DNA from: Kofleriaceae bacterium
GTDB taxonomy: Bacteria; Myxococcota_A; Polyangia; Haliangiales; Haliangiaceae
Length of the DNA: 64,000 nt
Assembly (NCBI GenBank): GCA_020633495.1
Contig: JACKDR010000001.1
Location: 374,105 to 438,104 of the forward strand
Direction: 5' to 3'
Every line of letters starts with the position of its first letter. Within the stretch, counting starts at the first letter, position 1. Positions 35,447 to 46,183 of this stretch are shown in pieces. The notes below the pieces were generated by a model, which saw only the letters and a program-made list of their open reading frames with translations, searched no databases and was not told where the DNA came from. Position numbers and translations under genes: made by a program.

Positions 35447-36388
35447 CACCGCGCGCGCCAGGCCCCGCCACGACGGCGACGCCACCACCGCGATCGCCCG
35501 GGCGCCAGCGCCGCGACCGCCGTCACCGTCGGCAGCACCGCGAGCGCGCGCGCCACCGGGCCGCCGGCGAGCGCCGGATCGATCCACACCGGCGCGGGCG
35601 CCAGCGGCGGCAGCCACACGGTCGCGCGGTCGTCGGCGGCGATCGGGTCGGCGGCGCCGTCGGCGATCAGCGTCAGCGCCTCGTCGCCGTCGCCGGCGTA
35701 GTCGAGGACCGCGACGGCGCGATCGTCGCCGGCCGCGGTGACCGCGCCGCGGCCGCGGATCGCGCCGTCGGCGGCGCGGGCCTCGACCAGCGCCGGCGCC
35801 GCGACGCCGCCGTGGCGGGCCAGCGTCACGATGATCCGGGCGTGGCGCGGCGCCGCGGCGTCGCGCGCGACCTCGATCGCGGCGATGCCGACGTCGAGCC
35901 ACGGCGGCGGCGCTGGCGCCAGCTCGACCGCGCGGGCGCCGGGCAGCGCGGCCGCGACCGCGTCGGCGAGGCCGGCGGCGTCGACGGTGCCTGGCCCCGG
36001 CACCAGCGCCGCCGCGGCGGCGCGGCGGCGAGCCAGCGCGGCGGCGCGCCTGGGACCGCGAGGACGACCTCGTCGAAGCCGGCGACGCGGCGCGCGCACG
36101 GCGTCGAGATCGAGGGCCCGGGTCGCCGACAGGTCGACGACCAGGACCCAGGCGCCGCCGCGGTCGACCACCATCGGCGCCGCGGCGGCCAGCGCGATCG
36201 CCGCCACCGCGGCGACCCACAGCAGCCGGCTGCGCGCGGCGCGGCCGCCGCGCCGCCGCCCCGACGCGCCGGGCGCGATCAGGAACCACATCAGGTGCGC
36301 CACCGGCGCGCCGCGCGCCCGCCGCGCCAGCCACGCCGCCACCGGCACCAGCGCCAGCAGGCCCAGCCACGCCGGCGCGGTCAGCTCC
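35446..36388 (-). CDS. BatA-like vWA-domain membrane protein.
   Basis: GTG start overlapping the DUF58 stop. N-terminal TM (PAWLGLLALVPVAAWL). Motif VLVVDLSAT. The C-terminal tail may be frameshifted. Confidence 0.45.
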
Positions 36389-37244
36389 ACAGCGCCACCA
36401 GCTCTCCCGCGGCGTCGACCAGCCGCGGCGGCGAAGCCGCGTCGATCACGACCACCGGCACGCCGCGGTGGCGCAGGCCGTCGACGACGCGGCGCCGCCA
36501 GCCCGCGATCGCCGCGGCGAAGCCGGTGGCCGCGGCGTCGTCGAGGCGGCGCCGCGCGCCGGTCTCGGCGCAGCGCAGCTCGTCGACGCCGCCGCCGAGC
36601 TCGGCGTCGCGGCCGTCGACCAGGTGGACGCACGCGATGCGGCGGGCCAGCCGCGCCACCGCCGCCGCCAGCTCGTCGGGCGGCGCCGGATCGGCGAGGT
36701 CCGACAGCAGCACGACCTGCTCGTCGGGACGGACCGCGCGACAGGCCCGCGCCAGCGCGTCCCCGAGGCCGAGCGTGCCGCCGCGGCCGAGCGCGCCGAG
36801 CCGGGCCAGCGCTCGCTGCGCGCCGGCGGCGTCGAGCCGCGCGCGGTCGGCGCCGCCGCGGCGACCGGCGCCGGCGAGGCCGTCGATCGCGACCGGCAGC
36901 GCCGCCGCGCCGGCCACGACGGCGAGCGCCGCGGCCAGGCGCGCGGCCACCGCCCGCCGCGCCTCGGTCATCGACGCCGAGTCGTCGACCATCAGGCGCA
37001 CGCCGCCGTCGCCCTCGGCGCGGTGGCGGCGCACCCACAGCTCGCCGGTGCGCAGCCGGGCCCGCCAGTCGATGGCGCGGGCGTCGTCGCCGGGCCGGTA
37101 CGGATCGTGGCCGTGCAGCTCGTAGCCGCGGCCCAGCCGCGCGGTCGCCGCGGTGCCGGCGGCCTCGCCGGCGCGGCCGCGGACGCGTGCGGCCAGCGCG
37201 GCCAGCTCGCGCAGCTCGTCGCCAGTGAGCAGCGCCGCGGTCAC
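36381..37244 (-). CDS. DUF58-domain protein (MoxR-associated).
   Basis: Signature GYELHGHDPYRPGDDARAIDWRA. Confidence 0.75.
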   Translation of the reverse strand: MTAALLTGDELRELAALAARVRGRAGEAAGTAATARLGRGYELHGHDPYRPGDDARAIDWRARLRTGELWVRRHRAEGDGGVRLMVDDSASMTEARRAVAARLAAALAVVAGAAALPVAIDGLAGAGRRGGADRARLDAAGAQRALARLGALGRGGTLGLGDALARACRAVRPDEQVVLLSDLADPAPPDELAAAVARLARRIACVHLVDGRDAELGGGVDELRCAETGARRRLDDAAATGFAAAIAGWRRRVVDGLRHRGVPVVVIDAASPPRLVDAAGELVALWS

Positions 37245-38235
37245 GACGCGGCGGCGAGGACGTCGTCGACCAGCGCCACCCGCGAGGCGCCCTCGGCCTC
37301 GGCGGCCCAGTCGAGCAGGAGCCGGTGCTCCAGCACCGGGTGCGCGAGCGCCCGGACGTCGTCGCGCGAGACGTGGCCGCGACCGGCGGCGAGCGCGCGG
37401 ACCCGCGCCGCGGCCAGCAGGGCGCGCGCGCGCGCGCCGACACGCCGCCGCGGACCGCGCGCCGCACCGTCGCAGGCGCGACCTCGGCCGCGGGATCGGT
37501 ACAGCGGACCAGCCGCGCGATCAGCGCCGCGACCTCGGGCGCGACGACCGCGCCGGCGGCGGCGCGCCGCAGCTCGAGCAGCGTCGGGCCGTCGACGACG
37601 GCGCGGGTCGCGGCCAGGCTGGCCTGCGGATCCGCGGCGAGGATCCGGATCAGCTCGTCCTCGCTGGGGCCGGTCACGGTCAGCCGCATCAGGAAGCGAT
37701 CGAGCTGCGACTCGGGCAGCGGGTAGGTGCCCTGGTCGAACGGGTTCTGGGTGGCGAGCACGACGAACGGCTCGTCGAGGGTGCGGGTGCCGTCGGGGGT
37801 CGTGACCTGGCGCTCCTCCATGACCTCGAGCAGCGCGGCCTGGGTGCGCGGGCTGGCGCGGTTGAGCTCGTCGGCGAGCACCAGGTTGGCGAACACCGGG
37901 CCGGGCCGGAACTGCAGCTCCTCGACGCCGCCGGGGCCGCGCCGCAGGCTGGGGCCACCGAGGATGTCGGCGGGCAGGAGGTCGGGCGTGAACTGGATGC
38001 GCGCGAACGCCAGGCCCGCGACCTTCGCGATCGTCTTGCACAAGAGCGTCTTGCCGGTGCCGGGCGGGCCCTCGAGCAGGACGTGGCCGCCGGCGATCAA
38101 CGCCGTGAGGACGCCGTCGACGGTGTCGTCGCGGCCGACCACGACCTCGCCGATGGCGTGGCGCAGGGCCAGGAACCGGTCGCGGAACCGGATCACCGGA
38201 TCGTCGTCGTCGACGCGCGAGCTGGCGGCGGTCAC
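37241..38235 (-). pseudogene. MoxR-family AAA+ ATPase with a +2 frameshift inside a (GC)8 tract (about 37462-37477).
   Basis: Walker A (GPPGTGKT) and Walker B (ADELNRA). The C-terminal part (LAAARVRALAAGRGHVSRDDVRALAHPVLEHRLL) is in the other frame (ORF 37241-38041). Confidence 0.7.
37462..37477. repeat. (GC)8 dinucleotide microsatellite inside moxR.
   Basis: The sequence reads ggcgcgcgcgcgcgcgcc. One GC unit more than needed for the intact frame. Confidence 0.8.
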
Positions 38236-41200
38236 GGCGTGGCTCCCGGGGCGGTGGCGAGGTAGGCCGCGACCATCGCGCGGTAGCGATCCGGGACCTC
38301 GGCGACCGCGGCGGCGGCGCCGCCGACCGCGGCCGGGGCGTCGACGGTGCCGGACGGCGCGCTCGCCGCCACCGGCGCGCCAGGGGCGCGCCGCGACGGC
38401 GCCCGGCCCGGTGCCGTCGCCGGGGCCGGTGCCGCCGCCGTCACCACGATCGGCGGCGGCCGCGCGATCCGCCGCGCCGTCGCCGCGCGCGCCGTCGTCG
38501 GCGCCGTCACCACGATCGGCGGCGGCCGCGCCGGCGCGATCCGACGCGTCGCCACGATCGTCGGCGTCGACCGCGGCCAGGACGTCGGCGCCGCGCGCGC
38601 CGCCCGCGACGATCACCGCGCCGCGGGCATCGGCGCCGACCGCAGGGGGCGGCGGCGCCGGTCGCGACCGCCGGCGCCGTGACGTCAGGCGCCGCGGCCG
38701 GCGCCGCGGCGGCGTGCGACCGGGTCAGGTCGCCGGCGCCGCGACCAGCGCGACCGTCGCGACCGCCGCGGCCGCGGCCGGCCACAGCGACGGCGGCCGC
38801 ACCGCCACGGCCCGGCGCGCCGCCGCGACCACCACCGCGGGCGCCAGCCCGTCGTCGGCGATCGCGCCGGTGGCGACCGCGGCGCCGCTGACGATCAGAT
38901 CGTCGCGCTCGGCGTGGCCGTCGAGCCAGCCCGCCGGCGACGCCGGCGCGCGCCCGCGCGACGCGATCCACCGCCGGCCAGCGCGGCCGCGGCCCTGAGC
39001 GCCGCCGCGGCGGCGCCGCCGATCAGCCACGCCGGCGCTGCGACCAGCGCGGCGCCCGCGGCGGCCCCCAGCGCGACACGACGCGCCGCCAGCCGGCGCG
39101 CGACCGAGGTCACCGCACCGGTCAGGATCGCGACCTCATCCCCGGGAGGAGCACGGCGCGACGTTAGCACACCAGCGCGATCGCCGACCCGACCGCGACG
39201 ACGGCACCGACCGCGCGGCGGCGCGCCGCCGCGCAGCCCAGGTCACGCCGGCGGCCACGATCGCCGCGGCCACGACCAGCGCGGGAACGATCGCGACCGC
39301 CGCCGCCAGCGCCGCCGCCAGGCGCCACGCCCACACCGCCGGCACCGACGCCACCGCCGCGGCCAGCGCGACGGCGGCGACGTCGCCGGCGACCAGCGCG
39401 GCGGCGCGCAGCCGCGGCGGCGCGCCGGTCTCGCGCAGCATCGCCGGCCACGCCCGCGCCGCCGCCGCGCGCGTCGCCGACCACGTCGCCGCCGCGGCGA
39501 CCGCGCCATGGCGGCGGCGGCGCACCAGGTCAGCAGACGCAGCGACGCCGCGGCGCCGATCGGATACCAGAAGCCCTCGTGGGCGGCGACCACCACCGCG
39601 GCCAGCGCGGCCCACGCCGCGATCAGCGCGGCCAGCACCAGCGCCGGCGTGGCGCCGACCGACGCCGCCGCGAAGCGCGCGATCGCGCGGGCCGCGACGC
39701 CTGGCGCGGGCGCGCGCCGCGCCGCGTGCGCCACCGGCCGCGCCGACGGCGCGCCGGCGGCGACGGTGACGACGCGGTCGCTGCGGTCGCGGCCGGGCGC
39801 CGCCGTCCACACCAGCGCCCCGGCGCCGCCCCGCACCGCCTCGGCGGCGGCCTGCGACCGCCGCGGCGCCGTCGTCGTCGAGCGCGCCGTCGATCAGCCA
39901 CACCGGCGCCGCGATCGCGCCGCCCCGCGCCGCCGCCGCGCCGTCGCCGCGCGCGCCGTCGCCGTCGCCGACGCCGGCGGCGACCGCGCTGGCGCCACGG
40001 CCGCCCAGCCCGGCGAGCGCGGCCCACAGCGCGACCGCGCTGGCCTCGACGCCGGCGGGCATGCGCTCGCCGGCGCGCACCACCAGCGGCACCGCGTCGC
40101 GGCGCACGACCTCGCCGGCGCGCGGCGCGCGGCGCCCCGCGATCACGTCGAGCACCGCCGACACCACCGGCGCCGGCCCGTCGAGGCGCACGACCTCGCC
40201 GCGCCGCACCGCCAGCGACAGCGGCGCGGCCCCGGCGATCGCGACCACGCCGCGCAGCTCGATCACGGCACCTCCGCGCCGCGCGCGCGGCGCCCGCTCG
40301 AGGCGATCGGCCCAGCCGCCGGCGTCGGCCGGCACGAAGCCGCGGATCCGGAAGCTGCCGGCGCCGGGCAGCCGGCCGGCGAGGCCGACGTCGTCGAGCG
40401 GCCGCAGCGCGGCGTCGCCGGACGGCTCGATCCACAGATCACCGTCGAGCCGGACCGCGCCGCCCAGCGCCGACGCGCCGACCTCGGCGGCGACCCAGTC
40501 CTCGCCGCCGCCGGCCGCGACCCGCGTGCCGCGCACGGCGGGCCCCGGCACCGGCGACCACCACACCGGCGCCACCGCCGCCGCCGCGCACGCGGCGACC
40601 ACGACCGCGGCGCGCCACCGCCGGCGCCGGCCGCGCAGCGCCAGCGTCGCCGCCACCGCCAGCGCCAGCGCCAGCGCGACCCCGCCCAGCGCCCGCGGCA
40701 CCGCCGCCAGCGCCGCCGACGCGCGGGTGCGGGGCACTGGCGCGCCGCCGCGGCGCGCCCGCACGCCGGCGCCGCTCCGTCGACGACGCGGCACACCGTG
40801 GCGCCGGCGCCGAGCGCCCGCGTCACCTGGCGGGCCACCGCCGGCGGCAGCGCCGCGACCGGGCGATCGATCACGACGGCGCCGACGCCGACCAGCGCCT
40901 GCCAGCGCCCGGGCAGCGCCGCCGGCGTCACCGCCACCGGCTCGCCGTAGCCACGGTCGCGGCGCCACGCGTCGATCCCCGGCAGCACCGTCGCGGCGTC
41001 GTCGGTGACGACGACGACCGGGCGGTACACGACGCGCGCCGCGGCCGCCGCGGCGTCGACCGCGTCGCCGTCGCGCGTGGCGACCCGCACCGGCACCGCG
41101 GGCAGCTCGACGATCCCGGGCGGCACCCGCCGCGCCAGCGTCACGCCCTGGCGGCCGCGCGCCGCCAGCTCGACGGCGCGGACGCGACCGTCGACCACCA

Positions 41201-41402
41201 GCGACACCTCCAGCGGCGCCCCGGCGGCGCTGGTCAGCTCGACCTCGACGACGTCGATGCCGCCGGCGGCGACGACGCCGGCGACGCCGCGGGTGACGCG
41301 GACCTCGACCGGCGGCGCGGCGTGGGCCGCGGTCACGCTGACGCTGGCGGCGATCGCCAGCGCGACGACCGTCGCGATCAGCGCGCGGCGGCCGCCGGCC
41401 AC
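38236..41402 (-). CDS. Two to three Bat-operon-associated secreted/membrane proteins upstream of moxR. Frames unresolved (apparent frameshifts).
   Basis: Signal-peptide protein starting at 41402 (MAGGRRALIATVVALAIAASVSVTAAHA). TM-containing segments appear in ORFs 40263-41402 and 39136-40968. Confidence 0.3.
38437..38565. repeat. Two imperfect direct copies of a ~66-bp unit (gccgtcaccacgatcggcggcggccgcgc...).
   Basis: Seen in the sequence. Encodes an RIAPARPPPIVVTA repeat on the minus strand. Confidence 0.6.
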
Positions 41403-41409
41403 GTCGGCG

Positions 41410-43179
41410 TCACTTCTTCATGGCGTCGAGCGTGTGCTCGAGCGCCAGCAGCGCGCGCGCCGTGGCGATCGCGGGGTTGGACTCCCAGTAGGTCTGGTCG
41501 GTGTTGGCCCACGACCCGTCGGGCTTCTGCATCGACAGCAGCTTGCCCGCCAGCTCGGCGGCCCAGTCGTGCTCGTGGCCGTCGCTGTCGACGATCGTGC
41601 GCTGGCCGATCAGATCGAGGGCGCGCGCCATCAGGTGGTAGTAGTAGAAGAGGCCCTTGAGCCCCATGCCGGGGTTCTCGTCGACGCTGTAGTTGGCGCG
41701 GACGTAGTCGAGCGCGGCCGCGACCCGCGGGTCCTTGGCGTCGGCCGCGGTGTAGAGGAACCCGGCGATGCCGGCGTAGGTCATGCTGCCGCTCGACAGC
41801 GTGCCGCCGGCCTTGGACTCGCCCGGCTCGTAGACGAAGCCGCCGTCGTTGGTCGCCCACGGCTGGTCGTTGGACTCGCTGCGGTTCTGGCACCGCTCGA
41901 GGAACTTCTGGGCGCGAGCCAGGACCTCGGGGCGATCCTTGAGCGTCGAGTCCTTGAGGGCGTCGAGGGCGAAGTGCATGTTCGACAGGTCGGCGTCGGG
42001 CTCGTTGGGATCGGCGCCGTAGCCGACGCCGCCGTAGTTCTTGTCCTTGGGATCGGTGCCGGTGGCCTCGCCGAACTGCTTGCCGGCCAGGTAGCCCTGC
42101 GCCTTCTCGATCAGGTCGGGGTGGACCTTGGCCTGCTGGAACGCGAGCGCGCTGATCGCCGTGACGTAGACCGGGTAGTCCTTGTCGACGATCGAGCCGT
42201 CGGGCTTGGCCAGGCCGGCGAGCAGGTCGAGGCTGGGCTTGAGGCGCGGATCGTCGGCGGTGACGCCGGGCGCGCCGGCCATCGCCAGCGCGGCCATCGC
42301 GGTGCTGCCCGGGTGGCCGCCGATCAGGCCACCGTCGGCGACCGACTTGCCGAGGAAGTCGACGCCCTTGGCGATCGCGGCCTCGAGGTCGGCGACGGTC
42401 GGGCCCTTGGCGGCGGGCGCCGCCGAGCCCGTGCCCGAGCCCGAGCCCGACGCCGCGCCGGTGCCGGCGGACGCACTGCCGGTGCCGGCCTTGGCCGGCG
42501 GCGACTTGTCGCCCTCGTCCTTCTTCTTGCAGCCGGCGATCGCGACCGCCAGCAGCAGCGCGGTCGCGGCGACGCGGAGGTGACGAGGCCGGCGGCGCCA
42601 CAGCGCCAGCGACGACAGCAGGGTGCCGGCGAGCGCGAACGCCCCAGCGGTCCAGAACCAGGTGATCATGTGCATCTCCATCACGGCTGCGGTGAAACGC
42701 CCGTACAGGGCACGGTCGTGGACGACGTCGACACCGAGGACGACCGACGCCACGAAGGGAGGACTGGCGGCGTAGGCGGCGCTGCGCACCGTCACGCCGT
42801 CGACGCGATCGAGGGTGGACGCCAGCGCCTCGCCGGGGGCGGGCGCCGCGACCAGGACCAGCATCAGCAGGGCGGCGACCGCCGCGGCGACGCCGGCGTC
42901 GACGCGGACCCGGCGCAGCAGCGCCGCGGCGCCCCAGGTCGCGATCGCCTCGGCGGCGAACAGCGCGCGGACCCGCAGCAGCGCCGCGGCGTCGCCGGGG
43001 CCGCCGGCGACGGTCCACGCCACCGCGGCGACCGCGGCGTGGCCGATCAGCACGATCCCGAGGGTGGCGACGCCGCGGCGGCCCGGCGAGGCCGCGCCCA
43101 GCGACGCGTACGCGATCGCCACGGCCGAGGCCTCGAGCCACAACAGCAGCGCCGCCTGGGAGGTCGACACGGCGCGCAT
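41410..43179 (-). CDS. Membrane-anchored protein with prenyltransferase / squalene-oxidase (alpha/alpha-toroid) repeats. N-terminal polytopic domain, then an internal lipobox-like AIAGC.
   Basis: Repeated QxxDGSW/QxxDGGF-type motifs (KPDGSIVDKDY, TNDGGFVYEPG, MQKPDGSWANTDQTYWES). High GC3 throughout. Confidence 0.55.
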   Translation of the reverse strand: MRAVSTSQAALLLWLEASAVAIAYASLGAASPGRRGVATLGIVLIGHAAVAAVAWTVAGGPGDAAALLRVRALFAAEAIATWGAAALLRRVRVDAGVAAAVAALLMLVLVAAPAPGEALASTLDRVDGVTVRSAAYAASPPFVASVVLGVDVVHDRALYGRFTAAVMEMHMITWFWTAGAFALAGTLLSSLALWRRRPRHLRVAATALLLAVAIAGCKKKDEGDKSPPAKAGTGSASAGTGAASGSGSGTGSAAPAAKGPTVADLEAAIAKGVDFLGKSVADGGLIGGHPGSTAMAALAMAGAPGVTADDPRLKPSLDLLAGLAKPDGSIVDKDYPVYVTAISALAFQQAKVHPDLIEKAQGYLAGKQFGEATGTDPKDKNYGGVGYGADPNEPDADLSNMHFALDALKDSTLKDRPEVLARAQKFLERCQNRSESNDQPWATNDGGFVYEPGESKAGGTLSSGSMTYAGIAGFLYTAADAKDPRVAAALDYVRANYSVDENPGMGLKGLFYYYHLMARALDLIGQRTIVDSDGHEHDWAAELAGKLLSMQKPDGSWANTDQTYWESNPAIATARALLALEHTLDAMKK

Positions 43180-43251
43180 GTTGGCGCCCCGGGGGCCCGG
43201 AATCAAGCGGGGGGCCCGCCGCCTTGACGGCGCCGGGCCCCCGCGGTAACC

Positions 43252-44124
43252 GTGAGCATGGCTTTCGATGTCGACGGGGCCCTCGCCGAGCTGCTGCGGT
43301 CACGCGCGCGGCCGGAGGGATTGACGTGGCTCGAGCAGGTGATCGCGGACGTCGCCGCGGGCGCCGATCCCGAGGTCGCGTTCCCCGCGGTCGGGCGCCA
43401 CGTCGGGCGCGGCGGCCTCGACGTCCCGGGCGCGACGCTGACCACCGCGACCGGCGAGGTCGTGCCGCTGGCGGCGTGGCGGGTCGACGACGCGGCGCGG
43501 GTCCGAGTGCTGCTCGCGGCGGCGCGCCACGACGCCGCCGGCGCGCTGGCGACCGCGGCGCGGCTGTACGCGCAGGGCGACGCGCGCGAGCGCACCGGCG
43601 CGCTGCGCGCGCTGCCGTTCCTGCCCGGCGCCGCCGACGACGCCGCGGCACTGCCGGCGGTGCTCGACGCCATGCGCGTCACCCAGGGCGAGATCTTCGA
43701 GGCCGCGATCTGCGACAACCCCTACGGCTCGCGACACCTGCCGCAGCTCGAGTGGCGCAAGGCGGTGCTCAAGGCGCTGTTCGTCGGGCTGTCGATCCAC
43801 CGCATCCCCGGCCTCGACGATCGCGCCGACGCCGACCTGGCGCAGAGCCTGTGCGACTTCGCCGCCGAGCGCGAGGCCGCGACCCGCGCGGTGCCGCCGG
43901 AGCTGTGGCCGCTGGCCGCCCGCCACGCGCCGCCGGGGCTGGCCGCCAAGCTGATCGGCTACCTCGAGCACCCCAACCCGGTGCACCGCGCCGCCGCCGC
44001 GACCGCGCTCGGTCACGTCGTCGCGACCGACGCCCGGGTCCGCCCCTTCCTCACCGATCGCGCCGAGCGCGAGCGCGACGACGTCGTCGCCGCCGCGCTC
44101 CGCGGCGCCCTGGCCCGCGGCTAG
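43252..44124 (+). CDS. eboA: EboA-family protein (first gene of the ebo cluster).
   Basis: Conserved position immediately upstream of the TatD / EboE / alkaline-phosphatase trio. No known catalytic motif. Confidence 0.6.
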   Translation: MSMAFDVDGALAELLRSRARPEGLTWLEQVIADVAAGADPEVAFPAVGRHVGRGGLDVPGATLTTATGEVVPLAAWRVDDAARVRVLLAAARHDAAGALATAARLYAQGDARERTGALRALPFLPGAADDAAALPAVLDAMRVTQGEIFEAAICDNPYGSRHLPQLEWRKAVLKALFVGLSIHRIPGLDDRADADLAQSLCDFAAEREAATRAVPPELWPLAARHAPPGLAAKLIGYLEHPNPVHRAAAATALGHVVATDARVRPFLTDRAERERDDVVAAALRGALARG

Positions 44125-44155
44125 CCCCCGCCTCCCTTCGCCCTGCGAGGTCCCC

Positions 44156-45025
44156 ATGCGCATCTTCGAGCCGCACGCCCACATGTTCTCGCGCATCACC
44201 GACGACTACGAGACCATGGCGCTCGCCGGCGTCGAGGCCATCCTCGAGCCGGCGTTCTGGCTGGGCCAGCCGCGCACCCACGTCGGCACGTTCCTCGACT
44301 ACTTCGACACGCTGCTGGGCTGGGAGCGCTACCGCGCCGCGCAGTACGGCATCCACCACTTCTGCGCGATCGCGCTCAACCCCAAGGAGGCCAACGACGA
44401 TCGCGTCAACGCCGGGGTGATCGAGGCGATGCCGCGTTACCTCGAGAAGGACGGCGTCCTCGCGGTCGGCGAGATCGGCTACGACGACATGACCGAGCGC
44501 GAGGAGAAGTTCTTCGCCGCCCAGCTCGACCTCGCCCGCAAGCACGACCTGCCGGCGCTGATCCACACCCCGCACCGCGACAAGAAGCGCGGCGTCCAGC
44601 GCACGCTGGATCTGATCCGCGACGTCGGCTTCCCGATGGAGCGCGCCCTCGTCGATCACAACAACGAGGAGACCGTCACGCTGTGCGCCGACACCGGCTG
44701 CTACATCGGCTTCTCGATCTACCCCGACACCAAGATGGACGAGGCCCGGATGGTGTCGATCCTGCAGCGCTGGGGCACCGACCGGATGGTGCTCAACAGC
44801 GCCTGCGACTGGGGCAAGAGCGATCCGCTCAAGGTCGCGCGCACCGCGCACCGCATGAAGCGCGGCGGCTTCCCCGCCGCCGAGGTCGACAAGGTGGTCT
44901 GGCACAACCCGATCGCGTTCTTCGCGCAGTCGGGGCGCCTGAACCCGGCCGACCTCGACGCCCGGCCGGTGCTCGACGGCGAGCTGTGGCAGGGCAACAG
45001 CATCCTGCGCGGGCAGGGCGGGTAG
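44156..45025 (+). CDS. eboB: TatD-family metal-dependent hydrolase (EboB).
   Basis: Motifs FEPHAHM, GEIGYD, HTPH. Confidence 0.8.
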   Translation: MRIFEPHAHMFSRITDDYETMALAGVEAILEPAFWLGQPRTHVGTFLDYFDTLLGWERYRAAQYGIHHFCAIALNPKEANDDRVNAGVIEAMPRYLEKDGVLAVGEIGYDDMTEREEKFFAAQLDLARKHDLPALIHTPHRDKKRGVQRTLDLIRDVGFPMERALVDHNNEETVTLCADTGCYIGFSIYPDTKMDEARMVSILQRWGTDRMVLNSACDWGKSDPLKVARTAHRMKRGGFPAAEVDKVVWHNPIAFFAQSGRLNPADLDARPVLDGELWQGNSILRGQGG

Positions 45026-45031
45026 CGTCGC

Positions 45032-46183
45032 GTGCGGCTGGCGCTGTCCGGTGACCGGACCGTCCACCTCGGCTACTGCTACAACGTCCTGCCCGGCGAG
45101 ACCGCCGCGGCGCTGATCGATCAGGTCCGGCGCATCTGCGGGCCGGTGCGGGCGCGCCTCGGCGTCGCCCGGCTCGGCGTCGGGCTGTGGATCGCGCGCC
45201 CGGCCGCCGCCGAGCTGATCGCCGACGCCGCGGCCCGCCGCGCCCTCGCCGCCGCGCTCGCCGCCGAGGGCCTCTACGTCTTCACGCTCAACGGCTTCCC
45301 GTACGGCGGCTTCCACGCGCCGCGGGTCAAGGCGCGGGTGTTCCGGCCCGGCTGGGACGACGACGCCCGCGTCGCCTACACGATCGACCTGGCGCGCATC
45401 CTGGTCGAGCTGTTGCCCGACGACGTCGCGCGCGGCTCGATCTCGACCCTGCCGCTGGGCCCGGCCGACGTCGATCGCGCCGCGGCGCGCGCCGGGCTGC
45501 GCCGCGCCGACGACGCCCTCGCCGAGCTCGAGGCGACCACCGGCCGCCGCGTCGAGCTCGCGGTCGAGCCCGAGCCGGGCGCCGGCTTCGAGCGCGTCGA
45601 CGTCATGGCGCCGTGGCTGGCCGAGGCCGACCGCGGCCGCGCCGGCCGGCTCGGCGCCTGCGTCGACCTGTGCCACGCCGCGGTCGTCGACGAGGCCGAG
45701 ACCGCGCCGTTCGTCGCGCTCGCCGCCGCCGGCGTCCGCTGCGCCAAGGTCCAGGTGTCGAGCGCGCTGGTGGTGCCGCGCCCGGACGACGACGCCGCGC
45801 GCGCCGCGCTGGCCGCGTTCGACGAGCCGCGCTTCCTGCACCAGGTCCGCAGCAGCCGCGGCGGCGCGATGGACCTGCCCGAGGCGCTCGCCGACCTCGA
45901 TCGCGGCGTGCCGTGGCGGGTCCACTTCCACGTCCCGGTCCACCGCGACGTGGTCGGCCCCGGCGGCGCGTTCGCGACCACGGCGCCGACGATCGCGCCG
46001 ATGCTGGCGGCCGCGCTGGCCGCGCCCGGCGAGCCGCCCCACCTCGAGGTCGAGACCTACACCTGGGGCGTCTTGCCCGAGGCCGAACGGCCGCGCGACG
46101 ACGCCGGCCTGTGCGACGGCATCGCGCGCGAGCTGGCCTGGACGCTCGGCGAGCTCGCCGCGCTGGGAGTGCACCCGTCATGA
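45032..46183 (+). CDS. eboE: EboE-type TIM-barrel protein (sugar-phosphate isomerase/epimerase-like, 'metabolite traffic protein').
   Basis: 383 aa. N-terminal motif LGYCYNVLPGE. Position between the TatD and the alkaline-phosphatase-family gene. Confidence 0.62.
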   Translation: MRLALSGDRTVHLGYCYNVLPGETAAALIDQVRRICGPVRARLGVARLGVGLWIARPAAAELIADAAARRALAAALAAEGLYVFTLNGFPYGGFHAPRVKARVFRPGWDDDARVAYTIDLARILVELLPDDVARGSISTLPLGPADVDRAAARAGLRRADDALAELEATTGRRVELAVEPEPGAGFERVDVMAPWLAEADRGRAGRLGACVDLCHAAVVDEAETAPFVALAAAGVRCAKVQVSSALVVPRPDDDAARAALAAFDEPRFLHQVRSSRGGAMDLPEALADLDRGVPWRVHFHVPVHRDVVGPGGAFATTAPTIAPMLAAALAAPGEPPHLEVETYTWGVLPEAERPRDDAGLCDGIARELAWTLGELAALGVHPS

